DNA of 64,000 nucleotides. Origin: Eledone cirrhosa (taxonomy: Eukaryota). This document shows positions 1 to 12,882 of this stretch, piece after piece (within the stretch, counting starts at the first letter, position 1; the number at the start of each line of letters is the position of its first letter). The position numbers and the translations under genes are program-made. Under the pieces are notes generated by a model, which did not search any database, had not been told where the DNA came from, and was given only the letters and a program-made list of their open reading frames with translations. Where the stretch lies: contig OZ024765.1 of the NCBI GenBank assembly GCA_964016885.1, positions 22,568,001 to 22,632,000 of the forward strand, read 5' to 3'.

Positions 1-3000
1 GAATTGAGAGATCACAGCTCTGATACTACAGACATGTGGTTAGAATGTCTGAGGAAAGAATCTCTGAATTGAGAGATCACAGCTCTGATACTACAGGCAT
101 GTGGTTAGAATGTCTGAGGAAAGAATCTCTGAATTGAGAGATCACAGCTCTGATACTACAGACATGTGGTTAGAATGTCTGAGGAAAGAATCTCTGAATT
201 GAGAGATCACAGCTCTGATACTACAGACATGTGGTTAGAATGTCTGAGGGAAGAATCTCTGAATTAGGAGATCACAGCTCTGATACTACAGACATGTGGT
301 TAGAATGTCTGAGGAAAGAATCTCTGAATTGAGAGATCACAGCTCTGATACTACAGACATGTGGTTAGAATGTCTGAGGAAAGAATCTCTGAATTGAGAG
401 ATCACAGCTCTGATACTACAGACATGTGGTTAGAATGCCTGAGGAAAGAATCTCTGAATTGAGAGATCACAGCTCTGATACTACAGACATGTGGTTAGAA
501 TGCCTGAGGAAAGAATCTCTGAATTGAGAGATCACAGCTCTGATACTACAGACATGTGGTTAGAATGCCTGAGGAAAGAATCTCTGAATTGAGAGATCAC
601 AGCTCTGATACTACAGGCATGTGGTTAGAATGCCTGAGGAAAGAATCTCTGAATTGAGAGATCACAGCTCTGATACTACAGACATGTGGTTAGAATGTCT
701 GAGGAAAGAATCTCTGAATTGAGAGATCACAGCTCTGATACTACAGACATGTGGTTAGAATGCCTGAGGAAAGAATCTCTGAATTGAGAGATCACAGCTC
801 TGATACTACAGACATGTGGTTAGAATGTCTGAGGAAAGAATCTCTGAATTGAGAGATCACAGCTCTGATACTACAGACATGTGGTTAGAATGCCTGAGGA
901 AAGAATCTCTGAATTGAGAGATCACAGCTCTGATACTACAGGCATGTGGTTAGAATGCCTGAGGAAAGAATCTCTGAATTGAGAGATCACAGCTCTGATA
1001 CTACAGACATGTGGTTAGAATGTCTGAGGAAAGAATCTCTGGATTGAGAGATCACAGCTCTGATACTACAGACATGTGGTTAGAATGCCTGAGGAAAGAA
1101 TCTCTGAATTGAGAGATCACAGCTCTGATACTACAGACATGTGGTTAGAATGTCTGAGGAAAGAATCTCTGGATTGAGAGATCACAGCTCTGATACTACA
1201 GACATGTGGTTAGAATGCCTGAGGAAAGAATCTCTGAATTGAGAGATCACAGCTCTGATACTACAGACATGTGGTTAGAATGTCTGAGGAAAGAATCTCT
1301 GAATTGAGAGATCACAGCTCTGATACTACAGACATGTGGTTAGAATGCCTGAGGAAAGAATCTCTGAATTGAGAGATCACAGCTCTGATACTACAGACAT
1401 GTGGTTAGAATGCCTGAGGAAAGAATCTCTGAATTGAGAGATCACAGCTGTGATACTACAGACATGTGGTTAGAATGCCTGAGGAAAGAATCTCTGAATT
1501 GAGAGATCACAGCTCTGATACTACAGGCATGTGGTTAGAATGCCTGAGGAAAGAATCTCTGAATTGAGAGATCACAGCTCTGATACTACAGACATGTGGT
1601 TAGAATGCCTGAGGAAAGAATCTCTGAATTGAGAGATCACAGCTCTGATACTACAGACATGTGGTTAGAATGCCTGAGGAAAGAATCTCTGAATTGAGAG
1701 ATCACAGCTCTGATACTACAGACATGTGGTTAGAATGTCTGAGGAAAGAATCTCTGAATTGAGAGATCACAGCTCTGATACTACAGACATGTGGTTAGAA
1801 TGTCTGAGGGAAGAATCTCTGAATTGAGAGATCACAGCTCTGATACTACAGACATGTGGTTAGAATGTCTGAGGAAAGAATCTCTGAATTGAGAGATCAC
1901 AGCTCTGATACTACAGACATGTGGTTAGAATGCCTGAGGAAAGAATCTCTGAATTGAGAGATCACAGCTGTGATACTACAGACATGTGGTGGTTAGAATG
2001 TCTGAGGAAAGAATCTCTGAATTGAGAGATCACAGCTCTGATACTACAGACATGTGGTTAGAATGTCTGAGGGAAGAATCTCTGAATTGAGAGATCACAG
2101 CTCTGATACTACAGACATGTGGTTAGAATGTCTGAGGAAAGAATCTCTGAATTGAGAGATCACAGCTCTGATACTACAGACATGTGGTTAGAATGTCTGA
2201 GGAAAGAATCTCTGAATTGAGAGATCACAGCTCTGATACTACAGGCATGTGGTTAGAATGTCTGAGGAAAGAATCTCTGAATTGAGAGATCACAGCTCTG
2301 ATACTACAGACATGTGGTTAGAATGTCTGAGGAAAGAATCTCTGAATTGAGAGATCACAGCTCTGATACTACAGACATGTGGTTAGAATGTCTGAGGGAA
2401 GAATCTCTGAATTAGGAGATCACAGCTCTGATACTACAGACATGTGGTTAGAATGTCTGAGGAAAGAATCTCTGAATTGAGAGATCACAGCTCTGATACT
2501 ACAGACATGTGGTTAGAATGTCTGAGGAAAGAATCTCTGAATTGAGAGATCACAGCTCTGATACTATAGACATGAGGTTAGAATGTCTGAGGAAAGAATC
2601 TCTGAATTGAGAGATCACAGCTCTGATACTACAGACATGTGGTTAGAATGTCTGAGGAAAGAATCTCTGAATTGAGAGATCACAGCTCTGATACTACAGA
2701 CATGTGGTTAGAATGTCTGAGGAAAGAATCTCTGAATTGAGAGATCACAGCTCTGATACTACAGACATGTGGTTAGAATGTCTGAGGGAAGAATCTCTGA
2801 ATTAGGAGATCACAGCTCTGATACTACAGACATGTGGTTAGAATGTCTGAGGAAAGAATCTCTGAATTGAGAGATCACAGCTCTGATACTACAGACATGT
2901 GGTTAGAATGTCTGAGGAAAGAATCTCTGAATTGAGAGATCACAGCTCTGATACTACAGACATGTGGTTAGAATGTCTGAGGAAAGAATCTCTGAATTGA

Positions 3001-4449
3001 GAGATCACAGCTCTGATACTACAGACATGTGGTTAGAATGTCTGAGGGAAGAATCTCTGAATTAGGAGATCACAGCTCTGATACTACAGACATGTGGTTA
3101 GAATGTCTGAGGAAAGAATCTCTGAATTGAGAGATCACAGCTCTGATACTACAGACATGTGGTTAGAATGTCTGAGGAAAGAATCTCTGAATTGAGAGAT
3201 CACAGCTCTGATACTATAGACATGAGGTTAGAATGTCTGAGGAAAGAATCTCTGAATTGAGAGATCACAGCTGTGATACTACAGACATGTGGTTAGAATG
3301 TCTGAGGAAAGAATCTCTGAATTGAGAGATCACAGCTCTGATACTACAGACATGTGGTTAGAATGTCTGAGGAAAGAATCTCTGAATTGAGAGATCACAG
3401 CTCTGATACTACAGACATGTGGTTAGAATGTCTGAGGGAAGAATCTCTGAATTAGGAGATCACAGCTCTGATACTACAGACATGTGGTTAGAATGTCTGA
3501 GGGAAGAATCTCTGAATTGAGAGATCACAGCTCTGATACTACAGACATGTGGTTAGAATGTCTGAGGAAAGAATCTCTGAATTGAGAGATCACAGCTCTG
3601 ATACTACAGACATGTGGTTAGAATGTCTGAGGGAAGAATCTCTGAATTAGGAGATCACAGCTCTGATACTACAGACATGTGGTTAGAATGTCTGAGGAAA
3701 GAATCTCTGAATTGAGAGATCACAGCTCTGATACTACAGACATGTGGTTAGAATGTCTGAGAAAAGAATCGCTGAATTGAGAGATCACAGCTCTGATACT
3801 ACAGACATGTGGTTAGAATGTCTGAGGAAAGAATCTCTGAATTGAGAGATCACAGCTCTGATACTACAGACATGTGGTTAGAATGTCTGAGGAAAGAATC
3901 TCTGAATTGAGAGATCACAGCTCTGATACTACAGACATGTGGTTAGAATGTCTGAGGAAAGAATCGCTGAATTGAGAGATCACAGCTCTGATACTACAGA
4001 CATGTGGTTAGAATGTCTGAGGAAAGAATCTCTGAATTGAGAGATCACAGCTCTGATACTACAGACATGTGGTTAGAATGTCTGAGAAAAGAATCGCTGA
4101 ATTGAGAGATCACAGCTCTGATACTACAGACATGTGGTTAGAATGTCTGAGGAAAGAATCTCTGAATTGAGAGATCACAGCTCTGATACTACAGACATGT
4201 GGTTAGAATGTCTGAGGAAAGAATCTCTGAATTGAGAGATCACAGCTCTGATACTACAGACATGTGGTTAGAATGTCTGAGGAAAGAATCGCTGAATTGA
4301 GAGATCACAGCTCTGATACTACAGACATGTGGTTAGAATGTCTGAGGAAAGAATCTCTGAATTGAGAGATCACAGCTCTGATACTACAGACATGTGGTTA
4401 GAATGTCTGAGAAAAGAATCGCTGAATTGAGAGATCACAGTTCTGATAA
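1..4449. repeat. 65-bp tandem satellite, about 68 copies, runs off the window start
   Basis: Unit GAATTGAGAGATCACAGCTCTGATACTACAGACATGTGGTTAGAATGTCTGAGGAAAGAATCTCT repeated with few variants. Confidence 0.98.
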
Positions 4450-4554
4450 CTGAAAGAATGACGATATATATTTATCCTTATCGAGCCCTCTTTGGATTTT
4501 AGTCTTCAAATTTATTATTATTACTATATATATATATATATATAAATATATATA

Positions 4555-4588
<34 letters not shown>

Positions 4589-4679
4589 AATATAAATATA
4601 TATATATAAATATATGTAGATAAATCTGTAGATAAATCTGTAGATAAATCTGTAGATAAATAATTTTGTATAATTTTGT

Positions 4680-5270
4680 ACATAGATCTGTTAAATATAC
4701 ATGCCAATTCTAACACATATATATCCCATAAACGATCGTTAAATAATGAACTTTTTTTGTTTAATATAAGGAACTGTTTCATTGTTTTATTCATTATTTT
4801 TTTAATATTTTATATATAAATATATATATATATATAGTCATACGGATTGGACACTACCGTATATTTTGGTAGATTTATCTATATATATATATATATATAT
4901 ATATGTAGATAAATCTACCAAAATGTACGGTAGTGTCCAATCTGTATGAAGAACTCAATGTAATCCGAATATCTTGAAAAGAGATGTATTCAAAAAATTT
5001 TTTCAGTGAAAAATAACGGAAAACAGAGTCAAGATAAATTAATAAAATAATGAATAAACAAAGAAACAGTTCCTTATATTAAAAAATTAATCATTTTACG
5101 ATCGTTTCTAGGATATATATGTTAGTGTTGGTATGTATATCATATAGATCTATGTAAAATATCTATAGGATATGCATACCAACACTAACATATATATCCT
5201 AGAAACGATCGTAAAATAATGAATTTTTTAATATAAGGAACTGTTTCTTTGTTTATTCATTATTTTATTA

Positions 5271-5324
<54 letters not shown>

Positions 5325-5432
5325 AATATTTAAAAAATAATGAATAAAACAAAGAAACAGTTCCTTATATTAAACAAAAAAAGTTCATTATTTAACGATC
5401 GTTTCTAGGACATATATGTGTTAGAATTGGCA
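4680..5432. mobile_element. Nested inverted copies of a short AT-rich element end carrying a degenerate hammerhead 3' half (GAAACGATCGTA/TT); another copy at about 44620-44790
   Basis: 4690-4815 is inverted at 5320-5430; 5035-5280 is a palindrome; all abut (TA)n. The 44690-44745 copy reads CTGTTGA...GAAACGATCGTT on the minus strand. Confidence 0.6.
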
Positions 5433-5811
5433 TCCAGCCGTAGAAAACCTACCAGATAGTCCTATATGAGCGAGACATGGTCACCCGACCAACCTTGCCT
5501 CAAGTGGGACAACTCCCGTCTAACCCATGCTACCGTAAACTTTTGGTAGATTTATCTACATATATATATATATATATTTAGAAACACACAGATACATGCG
5601 GACACACACATATATACATGAATGCATCCGCACCCAACTGTGAGTTAAGGGTGCCAACTTCACCGATGTTGCTCAATGAATGACTGGGACAGACCAATTC
5701 AGTTTGAACCAGACTGAACCAGTATCAGAGTTAAAAATACATTATGAAGAGAGAAGAAACATTTAGATATAATTAGTAATAAAATGTATCATACCTAAAC
5801 TGCTCCTAAAT

Positions 5812-5899
5812 TCCTCGACTACGTAGTTTCGTGGCATAAACAAAAACAATATATCAAAGATATAGAGTCCTTGCGAGGTCTGCCGACTTATCAAGAGGA
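5812..5899 (-). ncRNA. Hammerhead-like motif with variant core (TTGATAA); inverted duplicate of 15451-15538
   Basis: TCCTC-TTGATAA-long stem II-GAAA-CTACGTAG-TC-GAGGA; two core mismatches versus CTGATGA. Confidence 0.5.
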
Positions 5900-6319
5900 T
5901 ACCTCATTTTACTAGTCTCAAGAACGCGTCTACACGACGTGAGAAAGAATCCCAAAAGGCGGAGGGGGAGACAGTCACGTGATATAACGGTCGAGAAACA
6001 GAGCTAAGCCTCCTATAACCACGAAGAAAATACCACGGAGGCGGAGGGGGTATTCATATCGAGGCCGTAGAAGAGGTAGTGAAGAAGGCGAGAAGTATGA
6101 GTAATGGAAGCTTTCCAGTTGTCCCCACACTTCAAAGATTGCTCGACCATATATGTAACACTAACAGAAGTCTGACAAGCTTTTGATTCCAGAGTCGTGT
6201 CCGATTGACACATATCAAACTTTCAGCTGATCAATTGCGAAACATGTGTCACACCTCAATATATGTAATGAAAATATGACACCTTGTTATTATTATTATT
6301 ACACTCGGTGGATTGCTAG

Positions 6320-6512
6320 GGCGGTGGATTGGCAGTAATGGTAGAGGGTCGGACGCCATGCTCTCCAGCATAGTTACGTCCCTTTACGATCTGAGTTCAA
6401 ATCCCGCCGAGGTTGACTTTGCTTTCATCCTTACAAGGTCGATAAAATAAAGTACCAGTAATGCACTGGATAATTGCTGGCCTTGTGCCTAAAGTAGAAA
6501 CAATTATTATTA
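6320..6512 (+). mobile_element. tRNA-derived SINE, family A (Meta-domain-like body)
   Basis: A-box-like TGGCAGTAATGG, B box GAGTTCAAATCC, body GACTTTGC(C)TTTCATCCTT..GGTCGATAAAATAAAGTACCAG, (TTA)n tail; several copies in the window. Confidence 0.85.
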
Positions 6513-6839
6513 TTACACTCTGCTTAGTACAACGTCTATGTACTTACGTATCGAGTGTTCATTCTGGTGAACCTACAGTAACTGGACCTTACAATTTCTA
6601 AACTATATATATATATATAATGTACAACAAAAGACTAATATAGAAATGGCTTCTATAGGACTAGAAGTATCTCATTCATGTGAAATATGATTGCATACAA
6701 ATGAAACAGTTCTAGACCTGTAGAAGCCATTTCTCTATCAAATTTCCGTTGTTGTCACTCTACCTATGTATTGAGTACCTTACTTACTGTGGTTACTCCT
6801 GATTTCACTCAGGATCTACATATCATATATATATACACG

Positions 6840-6900
<61 letters not shown>

Positions 6901-7009
6901 AGTGGGTGTAACTAGGAGTTACTGCAGGTTCACCCGGGTGAGCACTCGATGTTTAGGTTCACTTCTGTGATGATGTGTAGAGCTATACAGAGTGTAAAAT
7001 ATATATATA

Positions 7010-8420
7010 TCATCATCATCATCATCTTCGTTTAATGTCCATCCTCCACGCTAGCATGGGTTAGACGGGAGTTGTCCCACTTGAGGCAAGGTTGGTCGGG
7101 TGACCATGTCTTGCTCGTATAGGACTATCTGGTAGGTTTTCTACGGCTGGATGCCCTTCCTAACACCAACCACATTTACAGTGTGGATTGGGAGGTTTTT
7201 ACCGTGTTACCTACACGGCCACATTACAGCATGGACTGTGTGTTTTGTTGTGACACCTACACGATCTCGATCTCATTATCTCATTTATTTGGACTGGATG
7301 TTGTGGTACCAACTTTACAGAGAGAGGGTGGTGTTAGTGGGAGGATAGGGTAGGGTTAGTGGATTGTGGTGTATATTTGGTTAAGAGGTACGTACTGGCT
7401 GTAGGTTTTGCTTTGTACATAGGCAAGGCGGGTCTTCTCTATTACTGAGTAGCACCAAAGATCTCGGTCCAGTGACATTGTCTTGGAGAGGTGTAAGTGT
7501 GTAAGGTCGGAATTTATCAAATCGTCCCAGGTTTTTCTGGGTCTACCTACTCCATAGCTACCATCAATTTTGATTGCCCTGCACACTTTTATACAGCTGT
7601 CATCTTTCATGTGCATCACGTGACCATACCAACGTAGTCTTCTCTCAAGTAAACAGCATCTGATTCCTCTTATTCCTAATTTCTCACTTAGTTCATTTAT
7701 GATTTGCCATTCACGTATATTACTATTACACATCCAACGGAGCATGCAAGCTTCGTTCCTCTCCAGTCTGCGCAGGTCCTCTGCACGTAATGCCCATGTC
7801 TCACTGCCATGTAGCATTGGTCTTCGTATGCAGGCATCATACATCATTCAATCTGCCTTTCATTTTTAGAGAGAAACATTTTGTGGCCAACAGTGGTATA
7901 AGCTCTCTGAACTTTTTCTATCCAGTTCTGTACTTTCAGAGCACCCTCCACCACCGCTGACATTGTCACCCAGGTAATGGAAGGTGTCCACTATTTATAT
8001 AGAACCATCTGGGCAATAGAAGGAGCTAGTATCCTGTGGGCACTTGCTACTTATTGCACCTGAGCACCGGCCACATATAAAATCTACGTTCTTAGATAGT
8101 TTACCTGTGATCCCACTACATCTTTTATGTACCCATACTTTGCATTTGGGACATAAAATGGAATTTCTGCCTACTCCTTTCCTACATACTGAGCATGGCC
8201 ATTTCCCTGAGGGTATCTGTGCCTTATTTTCCTTTCTACAAACTAGAACTTTAGTCTTAGACAAGTTAACTTTAAGGCCTTTTGATTCTAGGCCATGCTT
8301 CCATGTTTGGAATTTCTTCTCTAGTTCAGCCATTGATTCAGCTATGGGCGGGTGATCATCTGCGTATAGGAGTTCCCATGGGCAGCCGGTCTTGAACTTC
8401 ACTATTTATAGCCTGAGGGG
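7010..8420 (-). mobile_element. 5'-truncated RTE-clade LINE: RT C-terminal part with PHD-like finger, frameshifted, then 3'UTR and (GAT)n tail
   Basis: Translations PWELLYADD, GLKVNLSKTK, MLHGSETWAL, RRLRWYGHV, GRPRKTW; 3'UTR ends GGACATTAAACG-(A/GAT)n. Confidence 0.92.
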
Positions 8421-8479
8421 CTATAAATAGGGGGCTAAAGACATTCTTCACAATATTCTTCACATTCTTCACAATAGTC

Positions 8480-8526
<47 letters not shown>

Positions 8527-8544
8527 TGTATGTATGTATGTATC

Positions 8545-9116
8545 CCAGTACAACCTGTCTCATGGTCGGGTCGTTGGCGACTAAACTGGCAACCCCACCA
8601 AGGTTTCTTGGTGAGGAGGGTGACTTTGGACATCCTGCAGGACTAAAAACAAAACCTGTAAAAGGGCAAAGGAGCTCTTAAGAGTCAGTGGCCATCCAAA
8701 ATCACCGGGAGAGATGACCCCTTAGCCTTTGTCAAGGCAGAATTCTAGGAGAAGGAAAACTCTGATATAACACCTGCAACTCTGATGGTATCCAATGATG
8801 TTGACTTGTTCTTCTTTTTGGTAAATATCATCTTGGTTAAGAGAGTGGGACTGGCTTTGTGCAGTGCCTTTGCTCACTATAAAAGCTTCACGGCACAGGC
8901 ATTGCTTTATATCTGGAGATCTCTCTGCATTTGTCATCACATGGTACCATGGGCCCAGCGCTGTGTGTCAATAATTGTCACGAGTGTAGTGTTTGTACCA
9001 GAGTTTTCAAGTCGCTGGCTGGACTAAAAAGTCACACTCGTTCAGCGCATCGGTAGGAGTTCTCCTACATGGATATAAAGTAGTGGCCATACTCGAAAAC
9101 GAGTTGGTAGCCACCA
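8545..9116. mobile_element. Unclassified dispersed repeat module (RTE 5'UTR-like segment fused to another repeat fragment); inverted copy at 39414-39870
   Basis: 8660-9116 is near-identical to the reverse complement of 39414-39870; contains CTAGGAGAAGGAAAACTCTG, which resembles RTE 5'UTRs. Confidence 0.55.
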
Positions 9117-9141
9117 TGTATGTATGTATGTGTGTATATAT

Positions 9142-9185
<44 letters not shown>

Positions 9186-9187
9186 TT

Positions 9188-9523
9188 TCATCATCATTTC
9201 ATTTTACGTCCACTTTTCCCTGCCTGCAAGGGTGGGATGGGAACTGATTCTGGCTTGATTTCTACAGCTGGATGCCCTTCCTAACACCAACCTCACCACC
9301 TCATTTACAGTGAGTGCTGGGTGCTTTTTTGCCGTGGCACCTCCACGACCACTTTGCAGTGGAATGATAGGGACCCCAGTCCCTATCATCTCATTTCTAC
9401 AGCTGAGTAAACTGGAGCAATGTGAAATAAAGTGTCTTGCTCAAGGAAACAACACATCACCCGGTCTGAGAATTGAACTCACAACCTTTCGAATGCAAGG
9501 CCAATGCTCTAACCATTAAGCCA
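9188..9523 (-). mobile_element. tRNA-derived SINE, family B (CORE-like body, RTE-derived tail)
   Basis: Head TGGCTTA(A/G)TGGTTAGAGCA...GAGTTCAATTC; body TTCCTTGAGCAAGACACTT; tail TTAGGAAGGGCATCCAGCTGTAGAAA...(GAT)n shared with the RTE 3'UTR. Confidence 0.9.
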
Positions 9524-9778
9524 TATATCATAAAACATGTCTATAGAATCACCAGATAAAATATATACCATTTCCTCTCACAATTAGCATAATTAACCAT
9601 ATAAAAAATCGAATAGATCAAGCTATAAGAATAAGGCTTCTATGAAGAAATCTCCAACAAATAACCGAAACCAGCCCTTCGCGCTGGCTGCCACGGAATA
9701 TTTATCGAATATTTCGACAGCGTAATCGCCCAGATATACAGAATTAGGTGTAAAATAAACTAGGAGAAAAGAGAATAC

Positions 9779-9830
<52 letters not shown>

Positions 9831-9854
9831 GTGTGTATATATACACATACATTA

Positions 9855-9885
<31 letters not shown>

Positions 9886-9909
9886 ATATGTGTGTATATA
9901 TACACATAC

Positions 9910-9953
<44 letters not shown>

Positions 9954-9960
9954 CATACAT

Positions 9961-9997
<37 letters not shown>

Positions 9998-10110
9998 ATA
10001 TGTGTGTATATATACACATACATATATATATGTGTGTATATATACACATACATATCATCATTCATCATATATATATATATATGTATGTATGTGTGTATAT
10101 ATACACATAC

Positions 10111-10142
<32 letters not shown>

Positions 10143-10266
10143 GTTTATATATACACATACATATATATATATATATATGTATGTATGTGTGTATATATAC
10201 ACATACATACATACATATATATATATATATATGTGTATGTATGTATGCGTATATATATACACATAC

Positions 10267-10298
<32 letters not shown>

Positions 10299-10405
10299 AT
10301 GTGTATATATACACATACATATATACATATATATATATATATGTATGTAAGTGTTTATATATACACATATATATATATACATATATATATATGTATGTAT
10401 GTGTT

Positions 10406-10436
<31 letters not shown>

Positions 10437-10615
10437 GTATGTGTTTATATATACATATATATATATATGTATATAATGTAGGTGTGTATATATACACATA
10501 CATATATACATATATATATATATGAAGAGAGAGGGAGAAAGAGAGTGATACAGATATATTTCAAAAGACCTCACTTAGGGAGAAGAGGGCCAAATTTGTC
10601 TTTCATTTTTCTCAT

Positions 10616-10667
10616 GACAGACGGAAGAAATTGGGGCCCAGAACCCAACGAAACTTGAGTACCTGTC
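10616..10667 (+). ncRNA. Degenerate hammerhead-like motif
   Basis: GACAG(A)-CGGAAGA-TTGGG..CCCAA-C-GAAA-CTTGAG-TA-(C)CTGTC; one core mismatch. Confidence 0.45.
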
Positions 10668-10756
10668 TGTATCACTGTTGTGATTATTTCTACTAAACTC
10701 GTCCTATGGACTGAGTCCTCTTACTCTTGGATATTTCCACTTACCTTTTACTACAG

Positions 10757-11620
10757 TAATAATAATAATAATAATAATAATAATGAAATTATTGTGTAAA
10801 GTGCTCAGGTGCACTACAACTCGTCAATATAGTACATAGAATAATACACAAATGCCAGGGAAGTACATGTTTGTATGTGTTAGCTGTAGTGTTGGCGGAT
10901 CTCGGGAAGCATGGAGGCCTTAAAGGATGCAGTGTCTCGACAGCTAACAACTGATGCAGGTAGTTTGTTCCATGCTTCAGCAACTCTGAGCGTGAAAAAA
11001 TGTTTCCGAAAGTCATGGGAGCTGTGCTGTTTTCTTACTTTGTGGGCATGTCCACGTGTGTTAGACACATGGAAATCGAAAAGGCACTCAGGGTTGTTGT
11101 TGGCAACATGGTTAACAATTTTGTGGGTGTTTACCAAGTCAGTTGCCAGGCGTCGGAGCTTCAATGAATCCATGCCCAGGGAAGCAAGGCGCTCAGAGTA
11201 TGGTAGATGCCTGATGGAGGGTATTCGCTTGGTTGCACGTCTCTGAACAGTTTCCAGGCGGTCAATGTCCTGAGCAAGATAGGGGTTCCAGACTGGTGAT
11301 GCAAATTCTAAGTGTGGTCGCACCATAGCTGTATACAGCCTTAAATAGATATCTGGAGAGCGGCTGACAAAGGTCTTGCTGAGTGATGCTAAGACACCCT
11401 CGGCCCTCTTGACAATTTTAGAGACGTGCCTCGTCCAACGCAAATCGCTGCTGACCGTAATGCCCAGGTCACGTTCACAGGAAGACTTCTTGATATTAGT
11501 GCTGTGGAGGGAGTATGTGGACGTTGGGTTTTTACTCCCAAAATGCATGGTGGTGCACTTGTCCACAGCTAGCTTGAGTTGCCAGTCTGAGATCCACTGT
11601 TGCATTGTGTCCAGGTCAAT
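10757..11620 (-). mobile_element. CR1/L2-group LINE 3' fragment (RT C-terminus, uninterrupted 241-aa frame) with (ATT)n tail
   Basis: WQLKLAVDKC, ERDLGI, YTAMVRPHLEFASPVWNPY, LETVQRRATKRI, TRGH, FFTLRVAEAWNKLP. Confidence 0.92.
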
Positions 11621-11776
11621 ACCTCCGTTTCTTCTTTTTTTCCGTCTTTTTTTCTAACTGTGCTTAACACTATAACTAAATAATTATAAACACTTCACTA
11701 CCAAGGCAGCCTCCTAATTTAATGGTCGCTTATATTATGGTACGTCAAAATTATTTATAAAACTGCTTGTATATTG

Positions 11777-11842
11777 TATTTTATCTGACGAAGGCATGCC
11801 ATATTTTTAATATGGTATCCCTGAAATATGTATAATGAAATA
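11777..11842 (+). ncRNA. Type I minimal hammerhead ribozyme
   Basis: TATTTTAT-CTGACGA-(AGG.ATGCCATATT/AATATGGTAT.CCT)-GAAA-TATGTA-TA-ATGAAATA, overlapping AATAAA; same family as 63772-63847. Confidence 0.8.
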
Positions 11843-12019
11843 AATATGGTTTTATAAATTTAGTTTCCATTTGTTTAATATCGTATATATATATATATAT
11901 TTTAAATATGTTAATTATTTTCAATTGAACCAGATCAATAATGATATATAATCATCTGATCCAGAAATATTATATGGAGTAGCGAAACAATTGTAAACGG
12001 ACATTTCTATGCGCCAAAG

Positions 12020-12425
12020 CATAATATTAATAATAATTGTTTCTACTTTAGGCACAAGGCCAGCAAATACCCAGTACATTACTGGTACTTTATTTTATCG
12101 ACCCCGTAAGGATGAAAGGCAAAGTCAACTTCAAATCCCGCCGAGGTTGACTTTGCCTTTCATCCTTACAGGGTCGATAAAATAAAGTACCAGTAATGCA
12201 CTGGATAATTGCTGGCCTTGTGCCTAAAGTAGAAACAATTATTATTAATATTATGCTTTGGCGCATAGAGTTACGGCCCTTGCCATTCTGAGTTCAAATC
12301 TCGCCGAGGTTAACTTTGCCTTTCATCCTTACGGGGTCGATAAAATAAAGTACCAATAATACACTGGGTATTTGCTGGCCTTGTGCCTAAAGTAGAAACA
12401 ATTATTATTAATATTATTATTATTA
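12020..12425. mobile_element. Cluster of three family A SINE 3' halves; the first two form a fold-back
   Basis: 12035-12130 (minus) joined to 12130-12250 (plus), then 12270-12420 (plus). Confidence 0.85.
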
Positions 12426-12882
12426 TTCTCTACATTCCTTACATCAAACTAAAATATGTTGACAATCTTTTAATAATGTCTTCCTTGTGAAATTTGTGGT
12501 CTTGTTTTGCTTAACTAATGAATATTTCCAGCTCTGCGCACATAACCTCTGCATGAACCCAGCCACCTAGCTGCTTTCTACTGCATATTGCACATTGAGC
12601 ACATGCCTTTACGCTTTGGCTTCTAACTAACTCACCAATCTCTCCTCTCATATCTCCTCTACTATCTCCATCTCTCTCTTTAAGATTGGTTACTCTTGAA
12701 CTGTGTATATTTATATATATATATAGTATTAAGGATACTATTTATGGTTATGTATATACTAAAACCTTTTATAGTTATATATATTTTAAACCCTAAATAG
12801 TGAAAGACAGTAATTTATTACTACCTTATTACCAGTAAGATAAATAGCTCAATGTAATATCATCAGTTGTTCTACAGAGCAG

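Noticed and set aside
1-4449. 65-bp repeat as a CRISPR array or tandem hammerhead (CTGA..hairpin..GAAA)
   Set aside because: There are no unique spacers. The core reads CTGATAC and GAAA is out of register with the putative stem III, so it is not a valid hammerhead.
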